A stretch of 60,043 nucleotides of DNA from a virus: positions 1 through 60,043 of the IMG/VR virus record IMGVR_UViG_3300020050_007391; one strand, given 5' to 3'. Below are positions 1 to 6,669 of this stretch, in pieces (position 1 is the stretch's first letter; each line of letters starts with the position of its first letter). The translations under genes and the position numbers were made by a program. The notes below the pieces were generated by a model that was not told the origin of the DNA, did not search any database, and was given only the letters and a program-made list of their open reading frames with translations.

Positions 1-104
1 CAGCCTCTTTATCTGGTTCTGTAGCTTCATATTTTGAATGAAATACATCAAGGATACCGTTGAACCAGTCAAGAGCCTCCGCCGCATCCCCCGCTGGCTT
101 TTGC
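1..104. repeat. Terminal direct repeat, copy 1, identical to 59940..60043. Circular-assembly overlap or terminal redundancy.
   Basis: Base-by-base comparison of the first 104 nt with the last 104 nt shows exact identity. Confidence 0.95.
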
Positions 105-244
105 GTGTCCAGCGCGGATTGTCTGTACGCAATCATTGTGTCGCGCAAGTTCAAGTGTATCGGGCTTCCGCTTTGGATGTCACCTACATTAAGACCAGTT
201 AAGATACCTTGTGCCACCTTAACCACATCATCTTTAGTTACCAT
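1..244 (-). CDS. Hypothetical protein, 5' part of a 149-aa ORF that continues across the circular junction into 59734..59939.
   Basis: ATG at 244..242 preceded by GGAGA. Translating by hand through the junction gives 150 codons with no stop, ending at TAA 59736..59734. Confidence 0.6.
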   Translation of the reverse strand, partial: MVTKDDVVKVAQGILTGLNVGDIQSGSPIHLNLRDTMIAYRQSALDTQKPAGDAAEALDWFNGILDVFHSKYEATEPDKEA

Positions 245-452
245 TTTGTTTCTCCATTTCATTACAGGCAATAACGCCGTGGTCAAACCCAGACAGATAA
301 GCGGCAAATAGTAATTCTGCGAACGTAAGTTGATGAAACCAACTACCTAATGCGCGCAACATTATAGGGAATAAGTGTCGGGCTTTTGGGTCGAACTTAG
401 TGCCGTCGATAAATAGTGTCGGTCCCATGTGTGCTTTCTTTTTACCGGCCAT
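234..452 (-). CDS. Hypothetical protein (72 aa).
   Basis: Part of track ORF 234..524. An internal ATG at 452 follows GGGGGAG and lies 1 nt after the upstream stop, which suggests translational coupling. Confidence 0.55.
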   Translation of the reverse strand: MAGKKKAHMGPTLFIDGTKFDPKARHLFPIMLRALGSWFHQLTFAELLFAAYLSGFDHGVIACNEMEKQNGN

Positions 453-453
453 C

Positions 454-912
454 TCACTCCCCCTTCGTGTACGGTTGCAGCAACGCGATAGCATCCTCTG
501 CCACTTCGACAACAACGGCATCACCGTCTTTCCCCTGCCAGCCTTCGAGGTATTTCAGAAAATACATAATTTTATCCAGCGTTTTCCTCGGCACCGCCAC
601 CATGTCGGATTGCGGGGAGGGCTGTGGGGCTGGCCTAATCACATTCTGTACATGACTTCTTTCATAAGGTGTCATTCTGTCAACGTGTGATTGTGCTAAA
701 ATTAACTGGCTAGATAGAAAGTCACGCTCATTCGCTCGGGTGCGGGTGTTCCATGCTTCTCTCGCCGCATCTTTTCCAATATACGGATGGCCAATCCGCG
801 CATCACATTTAGAGCAATGCACCCTATAATACTTTCGATCTGCGCCTGCATCGGTGAAATTATAGAACGCGCTGGCTTGGCAAAACGGGCATGGTTTCAA
901 TTCATCACTCAT
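454..912 (-). CDS. lar: Lar-like restriction-alleviation zinc-ribbon protein with a roughly 90-aa C-terminal extension.
   Basis: N-terminus MSDELKPCPFCQ...VHCSKCDARIG...AAREAWNTRT matches the Lar-family pattern KPCPFCG..C..C...A..aWN.R. Confidence 0.7.
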   Translation of the reverse strand: MSDELKPCPFCQASAFYNFTDAGADRKYYRVHCSKCDARIGHPYIGKDAAREAWNTRTRANERDFLSSQLILAQSHVDRMTPYERSHVQNVIRPAPQPSPQSDMVAVPRKTLDKIMYFLKYLEGWQGKDGDAVVVEVAEDAIALLQPYTKGE

Positions 913-1189
913 TCTTCTCTCCTAATGCTTCTCGGGCGTCTGACAATCTCGCAAGAGCATATCCGCCAGCGCCCTTCTCGTTAAATTCAGCGGTGGAGCC
1001 TTCAATCAATCCACGCATCGTCTCCCGCAGCCTCTCGTTCTCTTCGCGCAGGGACGTGACGATCCGCTCGTGGTGGTATTTGCTAACCGTTCTCTCCGGA
1101 TCAGGATTGTCTCCATAGTCAAAGAGCGTCAGCATGTACCCGTTATCGAATCTTATACGGCTTACGGTCAATTCATCCGGCATTGTCAT
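905..1189 (-). CDS. Hypothetical protein.
   Basis: Track ORF 905..1207 starts at TTG. The ATG at 1189 has AAGGGA 7 nt upstream. Confidence 0.6.
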   Translation of the reverse strand: MTMPDELTVSRIRFDNGYMLTLFDYGDNPDPERTVSKYHHERIVTSLREENERLRETMRGLIEGSTAEFNEKGAGGYALARLSDAREALGEKNE

Positions 1190-1337
1190 TTTGTTTTCCC
1201 TTTTCAAGTAATGCTAACTGCTTCCCCATTTCGCCAGAGAAACGTTCGCTGCCCTTCTCATACAAAAGCGCGAAACTAACCTTTATTTCCGGCATAATAT
1301 CGCAAGGTGTTACGTGGCCGTATTCATCTACTCCCAT
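1173..1337 (-). CDS. Hypothetical small protein (54 aa), below the track cutoff.
   Basis: Hand translation gives MGVDEYGHVTPCDIMPEIKVSFALLYEKGSERFSGEMGKQLALLEKGKQNDNAG. The ATG shares its A with the upstream TGA (TGATG), GGGGGA lies upstream, and the ORF fills an otherwise empty gap. Confidence 0.45.
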   Translation of the reverse strand: MGVDEYGHVTPCDIMPEIKVSFALLYEKGSERFSGEMGKQLALLEKGKQNDNAG

Positions 1338-1621
1338 CACTCATCCCCCGCTGCCGAGATCATGGCGGTGTAGATACGCTGGCATCCATCAACCCCGCTT
1401 ATCTTCTCGCCGCAAAGATACGCCGCGCTGTTGTGATATCGTTGCTTCATTGCGGCGTTCAGCATCTTCTCACTAGCCACTCTCGGCACCACCACGAACT
1501 CCCCACCCTCAACCTTTGCCAGCAGGGTAAGGGCGCGGCGGATTTCGGCCTCACCGACCTCGTAAATAAACCCAGCCGATCCGGCCTCATTCAATTTGTC
1601 TAAAGCTTCCTGCGCGGTCAT
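1337..1621 (-). CDS. Hypothetical protein.
   Basis: Track ORF, tightly packed in the leftward operon. Confidence 0.6.
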   Translation of the reverse strand: MTAQEALDKLNEAGSAGFIYEVGEAEIRRALTLLAKVEGGEFVVVPRVASEKMLNAAMKQRYHNSAAYLCGEKISGVDGCQRIYTAMISAAGDE

Positions 1622-1875
1622 TATGCTTTCTCCCGTTTTTTGGTAACGGGTGCAAGGTCAATGTAGTGGGTAACGCCCCAAACACGCGCGTCGTTGGTCC
1701 CGTGAAATGCGGTGTAAGGACCATGTACCGGATTAGAAGCCTTGTGGACCATATGCGTATGCCATATGTGAGACATATCTCCACCTTTCCCGAAGGCATT
1801 AATATTGTTTTTTATTAGGTAATTACCAAATGGCAATTCTTCTGTAACGGGTTTCCAATTTTCAATCGTAATCAT
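1621..1875 (-). CDS. Hypothetical protein.
   Basis: Track ORF, abutting both neighbours. Confidence 0.6.
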   Translation of the reverse strand: MITIENWKPVTEELPFGNYLIKNNINAFGKGGDMSHIWHTHMVHKASNPVHGPYTAFHGTNDARVWGVTHYIDLAPVTKKREKA

Positions 1876-1884
1876 TCCATTCTC

Positions 1885-2205
1885 CTATTCGTTGGCGTTC
1901 TTCGGCGGTTCGGGTAACGGTCGCCAGTGGGTGGGTTGGTCTGGAATGAAACACTGACCGACGCCTCGTGGATCGGGGGCAACCCAGACACCTTGCCTGT
2001 TTTTGTAAGCAGAAAACATTTCTCGATTACTGTAAATCTGGCAGTCTTCCATGCCCGGCGCAGTTTCAATCGGCTGCCACTCTGACAACCTCCTGACCTC
2101 TGCAACCAGCGCAGGGATTTTGGCGGTGAACATGTTCCAGTCTTTCGTCCCGGAAGCCGCCTCGCACAGCCGTTCCAGTTCGTCGAGGTATTCATTCGTT
2201 AGCAT
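1885..2205 (-). CDS. Hypothetical protein with a W-x-P-I-E-T-A-P ... T-H-W-x-P-L-P-x-P-P signature (DUF551-like).
   Basis: Contains SEWQPIETAPGMED and PTHWRPLPEPP. The ATG at 2205 has GAGG 7 nt upstream. Confidence 0.55.
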   Translation of the reverse strand: MLTNEYLDELERLCEAASGTKDWNMFTAKIPALVAEVRRLSEWQPIETAPGMEDCQIYSNREMFSAYKNRQGVWVAPDPRGVGQCFIPDQPTHWRPLPEPPKNANE

Positions 2206-2464
2206 TTTTAGCCTCACTTATTGTTGCAATTCTCCCGCCGTCTGACATAAGAAAATCAATCGCTTTGTCGCAGAACGATTTAATTCTAACTAGGTCAGAA
2301 ACCGTCACATTAATGCTTTCCATTTTGTCTGATCCGCAATATCGGCTAACTACCATCCTCCACATATAATCATCACTGGGCTTGTCTCCTGTTGAGTAGC
2401 GCACCATTCCGAATGAAAGCGCATGGTCATTAATTCTTTCGTGAAAACTATTTGTTGTCATCAT
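2192..2464 (-). CDS. Hypothetical protein (90 aa). A longer form starting at TTG 2725 would add a (Gly-Val)n N-terminus.
   Basis: Tandem ATG ATG at 2464..2459 directly follows the strong RBS GGAGGGG. The longer ORF begins at TTG and runs through the repeat. Confidence 0.6.
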   Translation of the reverse strand: MMTTNSFHERINDHALSFGMVRYSTGDKPSDDYMWRMVVSRYCGSDKMESINVTVSDLVRIKSFCDKAIDFLMSDGGRIATISEAKNANE

Positions 2465-2493
2465 CCCCTCCTGCGGGTTGTTATAAAGTATTA

Positions 2494-2646
2494 CCCCGAC
2501 CCCGACCGCGACCCCGACCCCGACCCCGACCGCGACCCCGACCCCGACCCCGACCCCGACCACGACCCCGACCACGACCGCGACCCCGACCCCGACCACG
2601 ACCCCGACCCCGACCCCGACCACGACCGCGACCGCGACCACGACCC
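2494..2646. repeat. Hexanucleotide tandem array of 25 units (CCCGAC/CGCGAC/CACGAC). It is G-rich on the minus (sense) strand.
   Basis: Parsed unit by unit from 2495 to 2644: 15 CCCGAC, 5 CGCGAC and 5 CACGAC units. Confidence 0.95.
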
Positions 2647-2678
2647 ATCTAGTCCAGTGCGTAACTGTGCGGCGTTCA

Positions 2679-3002
2679 TTATTTTTGCTCCCGTGGCAGA
2701 CCATGCGGCCATTCTGTAGCGTCAATCAAAGCACCGCGCCCCAATATAACGTCATGCGTATAAGGCTCGACCTCATTAAGTTTGGTCGGCCCCTCTTTCA
2801 GCGCGTTATGAAAGCGACCCGTATCAGCAATCCATGAAGCCTGCGTCAGGATGATTTCTTTCTCACCAACCGCCTTCACGATACCGAGATCAATGTGCGT
2901 AACTGTGCGGATGAGGTACGCCTTGCCTATCTCAAACGGTTGCAGATCGTCCTTTGAGTTACTGCAAAGCAAATCCTTAATATCTTTAATGCTCAGTTCC
3001 AA
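2679..3002 (-). CDS. Hypothetical protein.
   Basis: Track ORF 2679..3020. AAGGAG lies 7 nt before the TTG at 3002. The start is uncertain. Confidence 0.55.
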   Translation of the reverse strand: MELSIKDIKDLLCSNSKDDLQPFEIGKAYLIRTVTHIDLGIVKAVGEKEIILTQASWIADTGRFHNALKEGPTKLNEVEPYTHDVILGRGALIDATEWPHGLPREQK

Positions 3003-3043
3003 TTTTTTTCTCCTTCTCAAAAGCCTGAAACCGTCAGGCGCGG

Positions 3044-3361
3044 TTACTCCATATTCACAGTACCGTCACCACCATCATGTAACTGATGGTCATATACTGA
3101 TCCAGCCTTCAATTCCTTTGGCCAATCCGCGCAGTCGCCACGATTATCAAACTCGCATACATGCCGGGACCGCTTCATGATCTCCGCCATCTCATTCGCG
3201 TCGTACATCTTCGGCGGATACCAGTCACGGTAAGGGTCTTGATCTGACCGGACACAAGCCTGTATCCATTCGCGCTTGCAGTCATGCCCTGCGGGTAGTT
3301 CAGCGGCATAGACTGGCATTGCTGAACCAGCAACGGCGATGAAGAATAGGACGCGGGTCAT
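3044..3361 (-). CDS. Secreted (periplasmic) hypothetical protein.
   Basis: N-terminus MTRVLFFIAVAGSAMPVYAAE looks like a cleavable signal peptide. The mature part contains several Cys. Confidence 0.6.
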   Translation of the reverse strand: MTRVLFFIAVAGSAMPVYAAELPAGHDCKREWIQACVRSDQDPYRDWYPPKMYDANEMAEIMKRSRHVCEFDNRGDCADWPKELKAGSVYDHQLHDGGDGTVNME

Positions 3362-3372
3362 GATTTATGATC

Positions 3373-3513
3373 CTACGGGTTGATTATTGACAAGCATTCG
3401 CCACGGCTTTTGCCGGATGCGATACAGCGTTCAATGTCTGATCCGTTCAGATATGAACAAAACCCCACCATAAAAGCCGTCAGCATTACTAGGATTATGA
3501 GGTAGGTTTTCAT
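3373..3513 (-). CDS. Small membrane protein (46 aa).
   Basis: Internal ATG at 3513 overlaps the upstream stop as ATGA. The hydrophobic stretch YLIILVMLTAFMVGF is a likely single TM helix. Confidence 0.5.
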   Translation of the reverse strand: MKTYLIILVMLTAFMVGFCSYLNGSDIERCIASGKSRGECLSIINP

Positions 3514-3692
3514 TGTGCCGATCCCCCCATTTGTTTCGCTCCCGAACCTTGAACAAGCAGCGTACACATAGTTTGCAGGGTAACGCGTATAGCGACTAGC
3601 TCTTGGTGAAGAGCCTCTTCGCGCTTCTGGCGTTGGCTTTCTTGAAGTCGTTTGGTTTCTTCGCCATCAAGATCAAAAAATTTCCTAGACAT
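3510..3692 (-). CDS. Hypothetical small charged protein.
   Basis: Track ORF with a coiled-coil-like KRLQESQRQKREEALHQEL segment. Confidence 0.5.
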   Translation of the reverse strand: MSRKFFDLDGEETKRLQESQRQKREEALHQELVAIRVTLQTMCTLLVQGSGAKQMGGSAQ

Positions 3693-3704
3693 CGCGTGGG
3701 TTCC

Positions 3705-3941
3705 TTATTTTGTAATGGTGTCTATGATTTCAAAGCCTTCTTCGCGGTAACGAAGAACGCAGTCTTTATCATGGCTCTTTTGGATATGATACCCAACGAC
3801 GCCACCGGCAAGAGAGCTGCTGACGTTTCCGCCACAGTCAACGACCTGACCCGTCTTCTGGTTCTTCATGACCGTCATAGGCGTAGTGCAGGCCGAAACC
3901 ATAAGCAGAGCCGCACATGATATAAGCGTTTTCTTTAACAT
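3705..3941 (-). CDS. Putative lipoprotein, first gene of the leftward early operon.
   Basis: ATG at 3941 follows GGAGAAAG. N-terminus MLKKTLISCAALLMVSAC carries the lipobox-like V-S-A-C. Confidence 0.6.
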   Translation of the reverse strand: MLKKTLISCAALLMVSACTTPMTVMKNQKTGQVVDCGGNVSSSLAGGVVGYHIQKSHDKDCVLRYREEGFEIIDTITK

Positions 3942-4016
3942 TCTTTCTCCTTTGTAATCGGGCGACAATTCGCGCCAGTTCATTCCAGCACATTATCCGG
4001 CTGCCGGTCAATAGCT

Positions 4017-4064
4017 ATTGTCGTTTAAAAAGCAATAAAATATCATTGCTTTGTTTTCGACAAT
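4017..4064. promoter_or_regulatory. 48-bp imperfect palindrome in the divergent promoter gap, a candidate operator.
   Basis: ATTGTCG(4017-4023)...AAAAAGCAAT(4027-4036)...CATTGCTTTGTTTT(4044-4057)CGACAAT(4058-4064). The outer 7-bp arms are perfect and the inner GCAAT/ATTGC arms pair. Confidence 0.5.
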
Positions 4065-4155
4065 GATCTAGTCTGATAATTGAGGGTGCTGGATTCCTCC
4101 CCTGCACAACCCTAACACCAGCACCCTCAACCCACGCGATAAATAGGAGAATAGA

Positions 4156-4281
4156 ATGCTTGTAAGTTTTGAGGACGGCCTCTACACCATAATCGCCAAT
4201 GGCGAAGTTCATACGACCTGTGACTACATTATTGCCAAGTGTATTGTTGAAACCGCAATACAGCATGGAGGTGCGGCATGA
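4156..4281 (+). CDS. Hypothetical small protein (41 aa), below the track cutoff.
   Basis: ATG at 4156 follows AGGAGA. Its stop overlaps the next start as ATGA at 4278-4281. Confidence 0.45.
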   Translation: MLVSFEDGLYTIIANGEVHTTCDYIIAKCIVETAIQHGGAA

Positions 4282-4613
4282 GAAAGACCGTTCTCTACAT
4301 GCCTGACGGAACCGAAAAAGAGCTGCCATTAAAATGGTGCATTTGTGGCCAGTGTGACGGCGAGGGTAAATCGAGCGCATACCTCGGAGCCTATTCATGG
4401 GACGAGATGGAAGACCTCGGAGAAGACTTCATCGAGGACTATTTTGCTGGAAATTATGACCGTGTATGTGAAACATGTAATGGCGCGGGCAAAGTGCTGG
4501 AATCTGATTATGACCGCATGAGCAAGGCGGATGCCGCCGCGTTCCGCAAACAAGAATGGGATGCTGGCGAAGCAGACAGGATACAGGCCATGGAAAGGCT
4601 GTGTGGTGCATGA
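4278..4613 (+). CDS. Protein with two DnaJ-type CxxCxGxG zinc-finger motifs.
   Basis: CGQCDGEGK and CETCNGAGK match the CxxCxGxG repeats of the DnaJ cysteine-rich domain. Confidence 0.5.
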   Translation: MRKTVLYMPDGTEKELPLKWCICGQCDGEGKSSAYLGAYSWDEMEDLGEDFIEDYFAGNYDRVCETCNGAGKVLESDYDRMSKADAAAFRKQEWDAGEADRIQAMERLCGA

Positions 4614-5302
4614 TGGAGCAGGTTTTCATCCATCCTTTTCAGAACACCATTGGTCCCGGACCCTATAAACATCTGGGTTCATATGACATGGGCGCGGCGC
4701 TTGCGCATCAGCAAGCCTTTGGCGATACCGCCGCCGCGTTCCGTGACGCGCCCCGGCTGGAAGCGGGCATGGGCACCTGTTCCCATTGCGGCCAGCCCAT
4801 CCTGAACATCCAGATTGTCCGCCGGGGTGATGGAAAGCTGTACGGCGTGGGCACGGATTGCATCATGAAACTGGGTGAAGGTGAACTGGTGGATGCCGTG
4901 AAGCATGAGCGCCGCCGCGTGGCCCGTGAAAAACGCGCCGCCAAGCGTGAAGCGGAACGGCTGGCCCGCTTGCAGGAACAGCGCGAACGCAACGGCGGCA
5001 TGACGGACTGGGAATTGGCAGAACACCGCCGCGAACTGGCGCACGCCGCTGAACAAGAAAGATTAAAACCGATCAAGGCCGCGCTGGCACCGTATGCAAC
5101 GGCGCTGGAAGATGGCAAAGGCGGGTTCTGTGACTCCGTGTCCCGCGATTTGCGCAACGGCCATGTGCCGCAGGGCCGGGCCTTTGACATCATGCTGGAC
5201 ATTCTGGCGAAACAGGCCGGGCGTGCGAACAGCAAGGCATTCACGGACCGCCGCGCCGAGCTGGTCACGGAATTTAAAACCATCCAAAACATGAGAAGGT
5301 GA
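4610..5302 (+). CDS. Hypothetical protein.
   Basis: Track ORF 4556..5302. The in-frame ATG at 4610 overlaps the upstream stop. A basic coiled-coil segment (RRRVAREKRAAKREAERLARLQEQRER) is present. Confidence 0.6.
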   Translation: MMEQVFIHPFQNTIGPGPYKHLGSYDMGAALAHQQAFGDTAAAFRDAPRLEAGMGTCSHCGQPILNIQIVRRGDGKLYGVGTDCIMKLGEGELVDAVKHERRRVAREKRAAKREAERLARLQEQRERNGGMTDWELAEHRRELAHAAEQERLKPIKAALAPYATALEDGKGGFCDSVSRDLRNGHVPQGRAFDIMLDILAKQAGRANSKAFTDRRAELVTEFKTIQNMRR

Positions 5303-5307
5303 AGATC

Positions 5308-5856
5308 ATGAAAAAAAATAAGACGCCAACCCCTATCCGCATTGCGGTCGAGCCTTTGAAAGAGCAGGCAGTGCTTTACGCCAAGGAAGCGGCGCAGACC
5401 GCCATCAGGCGTTATACCTATGACCTGATCAATTCGAACAATGATATTGACGTCGCTGCTCCAATCGCCCGACCAGACACGCCGCGCTGGAAAAGACTGC
5501 CTATGCAATACAGACGGGCAGTTTTCTTGGAAATCACCAAGCGCAGAAACCCAACAAGGGGCATGAATTCAGAAGAGCCTAATTATGCTGATATATGCAA
5601 GACTGGCGTAAATACATACATCAACCGCCGGATGCGCGAAGCCGCCGAGCAATACGAGGCATTCATTGATAAGATGGAGAAGAAAGTCGGCCCGCATAAA
5701 TCAGCCATCCTGACCGGCGATCATGTCTGGGGATGCTCTATCCTTGAGATCGGGTTTGCCGACGGCAGGGCTGAGAAGTGGAAAACCAACCAGATCGACA
5801 ATGTATCAAAGTTCGGCAAGCCATTCTATCAGTGGCCGAGCCGTAAAGTTTCCTAG
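5308..5856 (+). CDS. Hypothetical protein.
   Basis: Track ORF 5299..5856. The ATG at 5308 follows AAGGTGA. Confidence 0.6.
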   Translation: MKKNKTPTPIRIAVEPLKEQAVLYAKEAAQTAIRRYTYDLINSNNDIDVAAPIARPDTPRWKRLPMQYRRAVFLEITKRRNPTRGMNSEEPNYADICKTGVNTYINRRMREAAEQYEAFIDKMEKKVGPHKSAILTGDHVWGCSILEIGFADGRAEKWKTNQIDNVSKFGKPFYQWPSRKVS

Positions 5857-5870
5857 TCGCGTGGGAAAGG

Positions 5871-5904
5871 GCCGGGGGCGGTTTTCGAGAGGCCGACCCC
5901 CGGC
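5871..5904 (+). other. GC-rich stem-loop without a T-tract.
   Basis: GCCGGGGG(5871-5878) pairs with CCCCCGGC(5897-5904), with inner CGG/CCG pairs. Confidence 0.4.
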
Positions 5905-5940
5905 TTCCGACGCGCAAAATGAGAAAAATAAGGGTCTGAA

Positions 5941-6216
5941 ATGAAGAGCTACTGGACATTTGAACGCGACGGACGGCTTTATGACCATGAGTTTACGACC
6001 ATGGATCAGGCCCAAGAAGAGGCAGACGAAGGTTTCGAGCAGGAATGCATAGACGAGGGGGGCTGGAAAAACGGCGAAACTGCCTCTGCTGAAATCTTCC
6101 TGATCGAATTCACCTATGACGACGACGGAGAGCAGGTGGAGCTTCAACGCGTAAAATCGACCGTGGACTTCGAGTATTACCACGGCGATCTGATCGAACA
6201 CGGAACCATATATTAA
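5941..6216 (+). CDS. Highly acidic small protein.
   Basis: By my count, about 25 Asp/Glu and about 6 Lys/Arg in 91 aa. Confidence 0.6.
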   Translation: MKSYWTFERDGRLYDHEFTTMDQAQEEADEGFEQECIDEGGWKNGETASAEIFLIEFTYDDDGEQVELQRVKSTVDFEYYHGDLIEHGTIY

Positions 6217-6229
6217 GGAGAATTGGAAA

Positions 6230-6595
6230 ATGCAGACAGTTTTTGACAGGGGAAACCATGAGTATGAGTTCGTGGCACAACGCCACGATGGAAATGCCAT
6301 CTATGAGGACGTGCGAGACGGATCGCGGGTTGTATGCAGACCCGAGGAAATGAGCAGGACGCCGATACGCAGGCCTTTGGAGGGGTGGCCGCTGCCACCG
6401 CAATTGTTAAAGATCGAGCTGGCGGTGGAGGCGTACCCGACGCACCACGACGACATATTGGAGCCTCTTGACCCAAATATGACCGTACAGGAATTGAAGA
6501 TCAGATCAGAAAGCCGGGCGGCCAAAGGAAATATGTTCCAGTTTGGGGTGCCCGGAGGGGCCGGAACGCCAAGAAGGTATTTTGGTGGAATCTGA
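6230..6595 (+). CDS. Hypothetical protein.
   Basis: Track ORF with AAGGAGAATTGGAAA upstream of the ATG. Confidence 0.6.
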   Translation: MQTVFDRGNHEYEFVAQRHDGNAIYEDVRDGSRVVCRPEEMSRTPIRRPLEGWPLPPQLLKIELAVEAYPTHHDDILEPLDPNMTVQELKIRSESRAAKGNMFQFGVPGGAGTPRRYFGGI

Positions 6596-6598
6596 TAC

Positions 6599-6627
6599 AG
6601 CCGGGGCTTACGCCCCGGTTTTTTATT
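6599..6627 (+). terminator. Rho-independent terminator.
   Basis: CCGGGGC(6601-6607), loop TTAC, GCCCCGG(6612-6618), then TTTTTTATT. Confidence 0.75.
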
Positions 6628-6632
6628 GCGCC

Positions 6633-6662
6633 TTGCCATAAATTATTAAATTCCTGTAATAT
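6633..6662 (+). promoter_or_regulatory. Possible sigma70-like promoter for the packaging and morphogenesis genes.
   Basis: TTGCCA(6633-6638), a 16-nt spacer, then TGTAAT(6655-6660), or TAATAT after 18 nt. It lies just upstream of the terS ATG. Confidence 0.3.
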
Positions 6663-6669
6663 CAGGGTT

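Noticed and set aside
2494-2646. A CRISPR array; the 15-mer repeat at 46854..46901 was considered too.
   Set aside because: The repeats are contiguous, with units of 6 and 15 nt and no spacers. No cas genes are present.
2423-2719. Plus-strand ORFs through the hexamer array that encode (DP)n and (PR)n repeats, and the minus-strand (GS)n frame.
   Set aside because: Any 6-nt repeat without stops is open in all frames. These ORFs oppose the direction of the surrounding operon and have no RBS. Only the GV frame on the sense strand remains a possibility, as described in the finding.
4015-4398. A 127-aa minus-strand ORF crossing the divergent promoter gap.
   Set aside because: It overlaps the palindromic regulatory region and the starts of two well-supported + strand genes. 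It has no RBS and an odd composition.
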